Positions 10,601 to 20,139 of a stretch of 64,000 nt of DNA are shown in pieces. The notes beneath the pieces were generated by a model. The model was not told the DNA's origin. It was given only the letters and a program-made list of their open reading frames with translations, and did no database searches. Each line of letters begins with the position of its first letter. The first letter of the stretch is position 1. The DNA is from Rhynchopus sp. YZ270_cl-10 (Eukaryota): contig OZ037840.1 of the NCBI GenBank assembly GCA_964035575.1, forward strand, positions 1,178,001 through 1,242,000, written 5' to 3'. The translations under genes were made by a program, and so were the position numbers.

Positions 10601-13430
10601 CGTAATCCGCCACCACCATTGTAGCAGCCTCCAGTCCACCATCCACCGCCACCCCTACTTGGCGACCAGGGAGAAGCTTGTCCCGCGCCTGCGTCCGGAC
10701 TGATCCCACTTCAATCTTGCTCACCACCCGACGAAGTGTGTTGCCTGCAGATATGGGGCGGACATCCGTTTCACCTTTCTTCAGGGCGACGAGCGTGGCT
10801 CCGGCAAGAAATTCTGCTGCCTCAGGTGGGGCCTGGCCTCTTCGCAATAGGTCCAGGACTAGCGTCATGAGGGGGAGGAGGTTGAGGTCAGGGTGTTTGA
10901 CCATCCATTCCTTCAAATGGTCGCCCCTGAGACCGAATGGGCCTGGTGATGATCCCTTCGACATGCTCTTGATGGCCTTCAGGGCGTCGATGGGCTTCAG
11001 GGGTTCGAGGGCAACGTGCGCAGTGGTGTTTGCCACCTGTGGGGCCTCCTCCGGGTGCTTCGCCCTCAGCTTCGCTGTCGTCTCTATCGTAACGGACGCA
11101 GTACCGCCTTTGTGGAGACGACTCATCCCTGCTGCGAGCCTACCGTTCCGGACTTCAGTGACACACGCTTTCTCCCTCTCCTCCTTCGTCGGCTCCTTCC
11201 GCTCCTTGCCCGGCCCACGCCCAGGAAGAGATCGAGTCGCTGCAGACCACATCGCCGCAATTTCCCCCTGCGACCACTCCGTCACCTCCGCCTCCCGCTG
11301 TGCCACCACCTTCTTGCTGATGTTCGCACCTCCCCGTTTTCTGGACAACACGAGTTTTGCGAACATGCAAAGCCTCTTCCAGCTGTTCTCGTCGTTGCAG
11401 CCAGCTACGTCTTCCAACACCTTCGCGAACTCCACCGCCGCCGCCCGGTCAATCGCTTTGGGCACGGTGTCGTGGGTCGGGATGGGTGCTGCCGCGATCT
11501 CATACCAGTCCGGCATGTCGCGGTCGTCCACTTCCTGCGCCGGTGTGCGGATGGTGGGTGACGGGCGTGGCACCGCCTGTACCAGCCTCGAGCATTGCAG
11601 GCACGTCTCGTTCTTCGCTGCTCGGATGCCGTCACACACACCACATTGACCCAGGCCGAACTTCCGCAGAGTGTCGTGCGGAATGTGGTCTCCCTCTGCT
11701 AGGTGGCCAGCGATATGTGCGCGTAGCCCTGGACCGGATAAGGGGATGTCCCGGTGGAACCGGCTTCCCTGGCAACACGGTACTGGGCAGTAGAGGAGGG
11801 GGGAGTCCCCTTCCAGTGGAGAAGTCGCGTCCTTCGTCATGCCGGGAATCGGAGACACCGCCAGCCGGGATGGGATGAGCTCTGCAATGGGGGCGGCATT
11901 GGCTAGTGCGGAAGCCTGTGCCGGGTCCATCTGCACCTGCTCGTAGTGTTCCCCAATCAGCGATATCACCCTCACCTCCCGTGGCTTCTTCTTTTGTGTC
12001 TTCTTCTTCGACTGGCGTTCCCTGTTCACCACCACCATGGGGCACGCCCCCGGCTGCACAACCAGGATCGTCAACGACCATGTCATGGCTATGTGGTGTA
12101 GCGTCAGCAGGTCACCCCAAGCGTCTCCTTCCACCCCTGCCACCCACGTGGAGAATTCAGCCTCCGTGTCGAAGTGTCTTCTGAGGCCGCGCTTCTTCTC
12201 GGTCGTCAACGCACTCCTGGCCAGCTCTTTGCGTTCGTTGGCTACGTCCAGGTAACTGCCCATCTTGCCCATGAGGGAGACGTACATGCAGTTCCCTTGC
12301 ATGTCGTTGGCGATGCGCTTCCCTCCATTGCGTTCTAGCAGCGCATCGACCTCCGCCTTGCCCAGTACATTGCCGTCATCTGCCCCCCCACGCATCGCCC
12401 CTGGCTCCATTCGGACTGTCCCCTGCTTACGGCTCTGCCACCTCTCAGCACTCCTCTTGTAAATGAGAAAGAAGCGCCGGCTGCGTCTCCTCCAGTGCCT
12501 GCGGTACCGTCTGGGCCGCCTCGGTGGGAAGAGCAGCCCTGACACCATCACAGCCATGACCAGCGCGTAGACCCACATAGCCCCCACAATTGTGGTCCAC
12601 CTGGCCACCTGCTCGTATGACGGTAACATTGTCTGTGTGACGGGGAACCACTGCAGGATCTCGTCCATCATGGCCACCAGCCCTTGGGAGTGCCGCCACA
12701 GTATCAGGGGTTGAGCCGACGTTCCTGCCCTGCTTACCCATCCCCTGGGCCCCTTCCCGCAGCCCCCACCACCCCAACTAGGATCACCAGAACTGTTGCC
12801 GCGTCTGTAGCTGCTGTTGCTGTTGCTGCTACGGTTGCTGCTACAATTGCCCTCGTTGTGGTTGCTGCTGCTGCCTCCGTCACCTTCCCCTCCCTCCCCT
12901 TCACTGCGCAGCCGGGGTGATACTGGGGCCCCTCCCAGGACTCCAAGGGGTTCATTTCTGCTGCTATCACAGTTGCAGCTACTGATGTGGTTGGGCATCA
13001 AGTGCCTCTTTTTGGGGTTATTATGGGGGGGAGGGGGGTGTGGGTTGCTATGATAACAGTTCCTAGTGCTGTTACTGTTGTAGCCTCCACATGTGTTGCT
13101 GTTGCCTCTGCTGCCGCCGCGATTGGCGCCGCTGCAGCTGTTGGTGATGGTGCTGTTGCCGCCGCTATTGCTGCTGCCACTGCTGCTGTTGCACCTGCTG
13201 CCGCCGCGACTGATGCTGCTGCTGGAGTTGCTGCTGCCGCTGCCGTTGATGCTGCGGTTGGTTCTGCAGCTGCTGTTGTTGATGCTGCTGCAGCTGCTGC
13301 CGCCGCGAGTGATGCTGTTGCTGCTGTTGTTGATGCTGCTGCTGGTGCTGCAACTCACCCTACCCCCGTCTGCATCCAAGGCTCCACACAGGAGCACCAC
13401 AGCCCATATCTGGGCTCTCCACCTGCCCAT
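7617..13430 (-). CDS. Non-LTR retrotransposon polyprotein: low-complexity N-terminus, hydrophobic helix, OTU, Zn fingers, reverse transcriptase, CCHC + restriction-like endonuclease, second OTU, Cys cluster
   Basis: RT motifs DVRPISAG, DYENAFNSI, RGAQQGDPAGPLLF and WYLDD. RLE motifs CRQC-x7-HIFAC, RHNAV, KPAD, IDVTV, EAAKRGKH and PFALETTGG. OTU-like QGNCMY..WGD..EHY and VGDCAF..WAD..GHY. The true start codon is uncertain. Confidence 0.92.
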   Translation of the reverse strand: MGRWRAQIWAVVLLCGALDADGGRVSCSTSSSINNSSNSITRGGSSCSSINNSSCRTNRSINGSGSSNSSSSISRGGSRCNSSSGSSNSGGNSTITNSCSGANRGGSRGNSNTCGGYNSNSTRNCYHSNPHPPPPHNNPKKRHLMPNHISSCNCDSSRNEPLGVLGGAPVSPRLRSEGEGGEGDGGSSSNHNEGNCSSNRSSNSNSSYRRGNSSGDPSWGGGGCGKGPRGWVSRAGTSAQPLILWRHSQGLVAMMDEILQWFPVTQTMLPSYEQVARWTTIVGAMWVYALVMAVMVSGLLFPPRRPRRYRRHWRRRSRRFFLIYKRSAERWQSRKQGTVRMEPGAMRGGADDGNVLGKAEVDALLERNGGKRIANDMQGNCMYVSLMGKMGSYLDVANERKELARSALTTEKKRGLRRHFDTEAEFSTWVAGVEGDAWGDLLTLHHIAMTWSLTILVVQPGACPMVVVNRERQSKKKTQKKKPREVRVISLIGEHYEQVQMDPAQASALANAAPIAELIPSRLAVSPIPGMTKDATSPLEGDSPLLYCPVPCCQGSRFHRDIPLSGPGLRAHIAGHLAEGDHIPHDTLRKFGLGQCGVCDGIRAAKNETCLQCSRLVQAVPRPSPTIRTPAQEVDDRDMPDWYEIAAAPIPTHDTVPKAIDRAAAVEFAKVLEDVAGCNDENSWKRLCMFAKLVLSRKRGGANISKKVVAQREAEVTEWSQGEIAAMWSAATRSLPGRGPGKERKEPTKEEREKACVTEVRNGRLAAGMSRLHKGGTASVTIETTAKLRAKHPEEAPQVANTTAHVALEPLKPIDALKAIKSMSKGSSPGPFGLRGDHLKEWMVKHPDLNLLPLMTLVLDLLRRGQAPPEAAEFLAGATLVALKKGETDVRPISAGNTLRRVVSKIEVGSVRTQARDKLLPGRQVGVAVDGGLEAATMVVADYVKRNLGKNKVIVLVDYENAFNSIHRSTFLAATRKYLPTISPWIEWCYGRPTSLLHGDDLIQSQRGAQQGDPAGPLLFSLGIKELTEEVKAMPGIDASLWYLDDGTIMGPPEAVGRALKLVQERSLAMGLRVKLAKCEVIALGQQTPRDLAQAGLPVCAHGYPDDGACAACEGKAMKVQYGGFAFLGAPIGDDEFCESYMDKQVKEFAEQLRLLKDLKDVQVGLTLLRQCEGFARMVFYMRAIGHACTHQYLKEYDKEVDAALASLMGDTEGLLPEMARRQAALPCRAGGMGVRRIRDHWTAAAMGSRSGLHELCKVLDPEFQWDAEGWKETATEHNRHVAEADKVDPLVRPATPVRQRELSAGILEEQLRRLYLEGDAADRARMNSLSLPHAGAWLMAPPTWEHHIPPEQFQAVCRIRMHLPLFADGVQCRQCGQAMDARGDHIFACKMGGHRILRHNAVRDFVYSVANEAGLGPTLEPQHLVLGNKKPADLFLSTGVGESRGRAIDVTVWTPTCKSMVQGAAVAKGYTATKAEAAKRGKHQAACIAARITFTPFALETTGGFGPAASTIWTQMLRFAADRKLGSKQEMSRRWAWGMGTTLQRMIGKSAMDRGCLRGDTAGALRERIEVDVAPLPGEDEHFRLPPDHLPPIDYAPDDGLFDIDVSALNPEEPAEHPDPPPCPNPADGSATRPQTFHEELWNTLGMTVPTVTVPFTVGDCAFDAVRWLLREWRDISSGDLRKLAVTRVKQDRDLANSAEPTFGSWVRWMSVEGSPDTRSWADVTALAGLSRALQIVVAVVRADSKTTFLRPAAAPRGAIALLHEGPVGAGHYSPLVVGAVARGMMMKMEPQIPPVEMQCMNTGTLSYMGDRQDRDGEMVTCEGCAAVFEDSIAHWFCSACPLKWCTNEACAGEGAKCAARRRRATTTPSTSTTSQGGSFYNNSNPAPPLAEVEIKEEELDEAFESSRMEMERRSNSNSNSNNNNNSSQGIRPPDG

Positions 13431-15203
13431 CTTTCACCAACAGGAAAATAAAAACAAAAAGGACAAGAAAAACAAAAAGAAAACACGTCTCTACCTGCAC
13501 TTCGCCAGAGAGGAACTACTCAACGGCCTTCTCTCTGCCCAGGACACGCCACTAGGAGGCGACAGGTAGGACCCACACAAGGGGGAGAAACAAGTGGGAA
13601 AGGGGAGAAGCAAAGGACAAAACGGGTAGTGTGTAGCAAAACGTGTGTGCCCCATTTTTTTTTTTTTTTTTTTTTTGCATTTTTCTTTTTTTTTTTTTCT
13701 TTTTCTGTAACCTCTCTCTCTTTTACGGCAGGTGACCGGTTGAGGTGATACTTCCGGACTGAGGAAGGGCATTCTTTTACTTTTTTATTTGCCTGGAGGG
13801 GGTACGGGGCGGCCTCTTGTAAGTTTGTTTTTGTTTGTAGTCTTTTGTTGGTTTAGGGGCGTGGCTGACGACACGATGAACCTCCTTGGCTCAAAGCTGT
13901 TAACGACGTCTAGCCAGGCCTGGCTGTACACTCTAGTCTATAAAAGGGGGAGGGGGGGGGAAACGAAAAAGGAAAAGTAGAAAAATGGTGACTCTAGTGT
14001 CTATGTGGCGTTTCGACGACGCGTCTGCACAAGGCTCCGCAGGCGATTGTACAGCTTTGTATGGGCCAGCGCCTTGTCGAAAAATCGAAAAATCTCAAAA
14101 AAAAAAATTTTTTTTTTTCGGGAAAATTTCGACCACTGAGGTGGGTCTTTGGGCACCAAAAAATGCAAAAAAAATGCAAAAATCGGGTGTTTTGACCATC
14201 TGTGGTTACACAAAACACACTTCTGTGTACAAGCCTACACCAATACAGTGGTAATACAAGGCGATTTTTGACCAAAAAAAAATTTTTTTTTTCGCCCAAA
14301 ATCGGGCGTGGTACGTCATAAAATGGCCCAAAAAATCCAAGGAAAACCTTCGATTGGGCAAATTATGAAAAAAATTTTCAAGTCAAATTTTCAACCAAAA
14401 TACGGTCATTTTGTTCACACAGTGATTCTACGTCATGCTAGCTTCCTGTGCAGAACTCCAGCAATTCACCAATGCCGGCATCTATCTTTCCATTATCGCC
14501 ATTGCACTTCGTTCACGCCATTGCACTTCGGTCATTTTGTGCATACCCTGTGACTGTGGTGGCTAGAGAACACGCACATGCAGACCCGTTCCTTGCAATT
14601 TCCAGTGTTGTGTTTATCAATGCATGCATCCAGAGGACCTCTGGTTTACGAAATCGTAGGCACTCCTGTGCAAAAATGAAGTCGGTTTTTGACCCAAAAT
14701 CGGGGTGGGTGGGCCATAATTTGCTCCAAATTTGGCCGAAAATTGGGATTTTTCTGAAAATTTTCATTGTGCCCAGCAAAAATCCTTGATTTTTTGAAGA
14801 ATTTTCCAAAAAATATGCTATACCCCCTATGACTGGACCCAACTCCCCTCACCCTTTTTTTCCCCTAAAAAAGCCCCCAAAATTCCTACCATTTTTACCA
14901 TTTTTACCATTTTTGACCAATTTAGGGTACCTCCATTTTTGAAAAATTCTCTTTTTTTTTTTTTTTCAAAAAGATGGACCTTATAAGCACTGAGGTGCTC
15001 GCCTTGGTGATACGAGGATGGTTTATCTTGTATTTGCGTCTCGGTGACGATGCGCTGCCGGGTGGCCCCATCTTCCCTTTGGTCCGGAGCCACTCTTATT
15101 GCCCCCCACCTCATACGAACTCACACAGGAGTCTGTGTTTTTTTTTCAAGGTGGCTAAGTTCGCGAGGCTTAGGTTCATCTTATGAACTGTTTTTACACA
15201 ACA

Positions 15204-18098
15204 ATGCACACACTGCCGACCCTGCTGGCAGCACTGCTCCTGCTGCAAGAGACAGGTGCCGCACCTCTGAAGCCCATCCGCCTCCTTGGTGTCTTCAAAA
15301 GATCTGCCCCCATAGCACCGCATCAGAACTGGTGGGGGCCGTTGATCCCGTGCCCCTCCATCGGGGAGTGCTACAAGGGTGGGTATCCTGCGATCGCTGC
15401 GTGGATGGAGTACTATTCAAACCCAGCAGACGTGCGGGGGACAGTCAAGGTGATGACCCCAGACTTCAAGTCGCGCATGATCTTCGGACACCCGCTGGGC
15501 TTGGATCTGAACCACGAGACGTGGAGGCGGCTTGGTGTGGACTTTGCAACGCTGCCTGACGAGCACATGATGAGCAACGCGAAGGACGAGCGTGCGACAG
15601 AGCTGTTCATGGTGAACAGTCCTGCCCCGTTCTGTCTTGCGGGTGTGGTGGTGGATGACCACTTTGCCTACCTGTCCGGTGTTCTTGTGTCGTGGCACGT
15701 GAAGGTTGTGGACGGTGTGACGTTGGGTCTGTTCACCTTGTGGTCGTCGTCGTTTGGCATAGGACAGTCCACCAAGGTCATCTCGCATGAGAAGCTTGTG
15801 CCCATTGTGACGAGACGGCTTCGTGCGTTGGGTGTTGACGTCGTTGTTGCTCTGCGCATTGGTCAAGCAAGTGGGGAAGAAGAACTGACGAAGCTGACCA
15901 CGTATGACATTGATGTTGTTCTGCAGGACAGTGACCGTGACATCAACACCTTTGCCGCAAACGGGACGACAGTGCTTGCTGCACCCGGTTCCCACTCCTT
16001 CGGTGCGTACCCTGTTGTTGCGGTCGACCTTGTGCAGGACGGTGCTGCCTGGAGCTACTCCGTGCACGAGGTGAACCCCTGGAAGAACGACACGCCAAAG
16101 AGCAATGCGGACCCGTTCTACCAGCAGGAGCTGCTGTGGATGCAGACACAGCTTGAGAACGTGGCCGGGAACGACTACACCCTGACGCAGTCCACAGTCG
16201 CGATGCCGGCCACGAACACCGTTGACCTGCGCTTCCCGTGCAGGGAAGGCGAATGCGAGATGGGGAGTCTCACTGCAGATGCGATGCGCGACGAGATGCA
16301 AACGGATATTGCCTTCCACAACGCAGGCATGGTGCGTGGGACGGGCTGGCCTGCAGGCCCTGTGCGGCGCAGCCACATCTGGACAACCTTCCCCTTTGTG
16401 AACACGGCATGTAGGATGAACGTGTCTGGTGCAACTCTGCTTGCAGTCTTCAACCACGGGACGAGCAGGGTGTTTCCCAACGGAACTTTAGACCCCTCGA
16501 ACAAATGGGGCATGTTCCCGCAAGTCAGTGGTATGAGGATGGTTGTGAACCCACAGCTGGAGCCGTTCAAACGTGTCACATCTCTGGACGTGTTTCTGGA
16601 CGGAATGTTTGTGCCTGTGGAGAAGAAACGCTTGTACAGCTTTACAGCACCAAACTACATATCCTTCGGTGGGGATGGCTACGACATGCTTAAGAACAAC
16701 ATCGAAGCCGGTTCACTGTTTTGTCCTACGTACACCATCATCCAGGCTGTGGAGTCATACCTGAAGCGCCAGACATCGATCACACCACAGAAGTACGGGA
16801 GGATTACGTACGACTTCACCACAACGTCCTTGACGATAGTGAACCAGACGAAGTACAACTGCACAGAGAACCAGAAGTACGACGCATACTGGCAGCACTG
16901 CGAGGACTGCCCTGAAGGCTTCTGGCACCCAGACATGGACAGCCCTGCGTGTGTGGAGAAGCTGCCGAGTGAGGTGGACATCGGGATGATCCTTGGCATC
17001 GTGTTTGGTGTTCTTTCTGTGTGTGGGGTCCCGATTGCGTGGAAGATGACAGAGAAGCAGCGCCGCATCAACGCGCTCTTCAACAACAACAAGATTGCAG
17101 AGGAGTGCGCCATTGCGGTTATGGACCTCCGTCTTGGCGACCTTGACTACCTCCACGAGCTGGAGAAGCCGAACACGATTCAGTCTGCGTTTATTGCCAT
17201 CACGAAGCAGATGAAGGTGTACATGGAGTTTATGCCCAAGAACCTCATTGCGAACTGCCAGGTAAGTGAGTCTGATACTTCCGAGACTGAAAAGTCTTGT
17301 GATATGTCCGCGGAGTCGAGTCAGTCACATAGCCTGAAGAGAGGACTGCAAGCGAAGGTAAAGATGAGCACAACCTTCATCAAAACCAAGCAAATCACAG
17401 CATTCACACTGAACAGCAAGGGGCACCTCAAAATCATCAGCGACGACATGCTCACGAAGCACTCGCACTTCATCGAACAGTTCACCACAATCATTACTGC
17501 ACACAAAGGCATTGCCGAGACACTGAGTGGTGACAGGATGCTTGCCACATGGAACACTGTCACCGAAACTGTGAACCAAGCGATGCACTCCTGCAAGGCT
17601 GCACTGGCGCTGCAGAAGACACTCGACAACACAATGTCCATCGGCATCGCAAAGGGTTCTGCACAGTTCGGGCTGTTTGGCGGGGAAGGCACCAAGCGGT
17701 ACGATGTGCTGGGCAGCGTGATCCCGTCTGCCTCGCTGCTGATGGTCCTGAACAAGCAGTACAACACTTCCATCCTGGTTTCGCCCGAGGTGGAAAGGGA
17801 TGGGAACAGCTTCTTCTACTTCAGGATTACAGACTACGTTTGCTACAGGAAGCTGGGAACTTGTTTCGTCCTTGAGCTAGCAGCTGCCAAGGACATGGGC
17901 GGTGATGAGTGGATGTACGACTTGGAGCAGGCCGACCGCATGGACCCCTGCTTTGAGCTGAACACTGCGTGGCACTACTTCATCGAGATGGGCACCATAA
18001 CCAAAGGAGCGGAGGTGACTGGCATTCTGGCGGAGGTGATGCGGAAGAAATGCAAAGGGGCGTACGTCGCGGAATGCGCGTCTCTGGACCTGATCTGA
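15204..18098 (+). CDS. Single-pass receptor: 5'-nucleotidase-like ectodomain + Cys-rich linker + TM + degenerate class III adenylate/guanylate cyclase domain (paralog 1)
   Basis: Signal peptide MHTLPTLLAALLLLQETGA (ORF open from 15183). Nucleotidase C-domain motifs CREGECEMGSLTADAM, NAGMVR, FPF, FPQVSG and NYISFGGDGY. Linker CEDCPEGFW. TM at ~16980-17042. Cyclase-like LSGDRMLATW, SIGIAKG and GLFGGEGTKRYDVLG. Confidence 0.9.
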   Translation: MHTLPTLLAALLLLQETGAAPLKPIRLLGVFKRSAPIAPHQNWWGPLIPCPSIGECYKGGYPAIAAWMEYYSNPADVRGTVKVMTPDFKSRMIFGHPLGLDLNHETWRRLGVDFATLPDEHMMSNAKDERATELFMVNSPAPFCLAGVVVDDHFAYLSGVLVSWHVKVVDGVTLGLFTLWSSSFGIGQSTKVISHEKLVPIVTRRLRALGVDVVVALRIGQASGEEELTKLTTYDIDVVLQDSDRDINTFAANGTTVLAAPGSHSFGAYPVVAVDLVQDGAAWSYSVHEVNPWKNDTPKSNADPFYQQELLWMQTQLENVAGNDYTLTQSTVAMPATNTVDLRFPCREGECEMGSLTADAMRDEMQTDIAFHNAGMVRGTGWPAGPVRRSHIWTTFPFVNTACRMNVSGATLLAVFNHGTSRVFPNGTLDPSNKWGMFPQVSGMRMVVNPQLEPFKRVTSLDVFLDGMFVPVEKKRLYSFTAPNYISFGGDGYDMLKNNIEAGSLFCPTYTIIQAVESYLKRQTSITPQKYGRITYDFTTTSLTIVNQTKYNCTENQKYDAYWQHCEDCPEGFWHPDMDSPACVEKLPSEVDIGMILGIVFGVLSVCGVPIAWKMTEKQRRINALFNNNKIAEECAIAVMDLRLGDLDYLHELEKPNTIQSAFIAITKQMKVYMEFMPKNLIANCQVSESDTSETEKSCDMSAESSQSHSLKRGLQAKVKMSTTFIKTKQITAFTLNSKGHLKIISDDMLTKHSHFIEQFTTIITAHKGIAETLSGDRMLATWNTVTETVNQAMHSCKAALALQKTLDNTMSIGIAKGSAQFGLFGGEGTKRYDVLGSVIPSASLLMVLNKQYNTSILVSPEVERDGNSFFYFRITDYVCYRKLGTCFVLELAAAKDMGGDEWMYDLEQADRMDPCFELNTAWHYFIEMGTITKGAEVTGILAEVMRKKCKGAYVAECASLDLI

Positions 18099-19295
18099 CA
18101 CCTTTACGTGGCCTCCACGACACAGTTCCGTACACAAACACACACACGCTCTGTTTTGCGGTGACTACACGACAATGAAGAAAACGACTTAACTTTGTGG
18201 TTATGGTGAACAATAATATGCTGCAAATAACACAACGCAACGCATTGACTTCACTGTCGCTTATCCTAACATACTCTACACTACACACCACGTGGCAGGA
18301 ATTCGACAAAAGGAACCAGACGTACCATCAAGCGAAGCGAACAGATCTTCCTGCCTAATTCCCGCAAGCAGCGTGTGACGCCCCAATGGATGTTGTGTGC
18401 CAATGGAGACAGCACTGTATGAGTGTCGGCGATGCCGCAGGACTCTATTGTGTTGAGGTGGCGAAAGCTCTGAGTAAATTTAAGACACGCCCCGCTCTCT
18501 TGTCTTTACCAAAGAGTTGGGTGCAGCGAAATGGGAGTTGTAAGGTTCGCAACTCTTGCTCGGAAGGTAGGCGCAAGGTAGGCCGTGCCTGCAAGAGGTT
18601 GCCGTTGACACTACGGGGGAAGCGGTTGGGCTTTCTTGTTTACGTTATTCTAGTCTCCTGAAGTGAACGAAGTGAATAAATGAAAATAAAAACTGATATC
18701 TGAGTTTTAGCTAGCCTGATAAAAAAGAAACGAAATCAGAAAAAGAATTTTTTCGTTGATTGCACCGGATTTTTGTGGAGTGTGTAGGGACAAATCAAAA
18801 ACTTTTCTGTGAATAAGTTGTGTCGTGTTTGTGTCGCTCTCACCAAAAATTCGGGCACAATCAGATAACGTTTTCATTTCCTCCCCTACAACCTTTGCAA
18901 GGCAGTTGTTTCAAAAAAAAAAAACAAGTAATTCACGTATGGCAAATGATAATTTATTATGAGATCTCATAATAAATTATGTGATTATTATGCGCTATTA
19001 TGCGCCCTCATAATAATCGCATAATGCCAAAATAGGCATTAAAGCAGGGGGGAGCAGGGCGCGCGCTAACTTTTCGGAAATTTCCCGAAAAAATGGATAT
19101 CGGGTCCAAAAAAATGTACCTACAGGAAGTATGTGAAGGGGGCAGAAAAATCAGGGTCATGTTACATTTCCGATAAAATCCCGGGCTGTGGTGGGGGATA
19201 TACGGAAAAATGGACAAAATTTTGGTGACTTAAATTTTCACAAAATATGAACCCATACTAGTAAACAAGGGTCATTTTCAGGTCTTTCGGACAGC

Positions 19296-19441
19296 CAGTA
19301 CACAGTACACAGTACACAGTACACAGTACACAGTACACAGTACACAGTACACAGTACACAGTACACAGTACACAGTACACAGTACACAGTACACAGTACA
19401 CAGTACACAGTACACAGTACACAGTACACAGTACACAGTAC
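19296..19441. repeat. (CAGTACA)n microsatellite
   Basis: Perfect 7-mer tandem array. Confidence 0.98.
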
Positions 19442-20139
19442 CCATTACCGTGACTTCACCGGCCAACACCGGAAAACACCGGCAAACATGGTCAAAATCA
19501 GGTGGAATATACATAAGTACATCATGGGGGGTAGGGAACAGGTAGCGCCGCAGGCGCACGGTACCCAACTTTTTTCTTTTTTCTTTCCCCTTTTCTCTGC
19601 TTTCTTTTGATTGCGCGAGCCGATTGCTCTCCACGGTGGGGTCACATGTGTGTCCAAAAACTATCTGAAGTGCCCTTACTGTGCAATATGGGATTCTCTG
19701 ATTTTCTTAAGGAAATCGTGTAATCAAAAAATTTTTGTACCGCGAAAAAACCTCGAAAAAACCGGGTGTGAGGGTGTGGATTTAGCGCGCGCCCTGGGGG
19801 GGAGAGCAAAAATTTTTGGGCCTGAAAAATTTTTTTTTGTTCCCCGACCCCGCCAATCGTGTGGTGTGCAACGACGTGACGGCACATAATTAGCACATAA
19901 CACCGCATAATTTGCTCATAATAGCGCATAATATCACCGGTATTATGAGATCTCATAATGGCGCATAAAAAATTATCATTTGCCATACGTGGTAATTGCT
20001 ATCGGAAAAAAAACGGCGTGTGCTGTGGAACTCCACCGTGTAGAAGTAACCTACAACACACCCAGCACTCTGCTCTTCTGCAGGTATGCTAACGCTCTTC
20101 GTACGCTGCCAGACCCACTGGGACGCCTGCATCTGAAAC

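Larger units (their letters stand above)
5600..13770 (-). mobile_element. CRE-clade (RLE-type) non-LTR retrotransposon, boundaries approximate
   Basis: GC-rich block containing the RT/RLE ORF plus ~2 kb of 3' sequence. No TSD or poly-A tail could be defined. Confidence 0.6.

Noticed and set aside
5400..13990. Spliced-leader or telomeric target site, TSD, or 5' ribozyme for the CRE-like element
   Set aside because: No SL-like 39-mer or TTAGGG array at either end. CACCTCAAC near 13740 (minus strand) recalls the trypanosomatid L1Tc/ingi leader, but an HDV-like fold could not be built.
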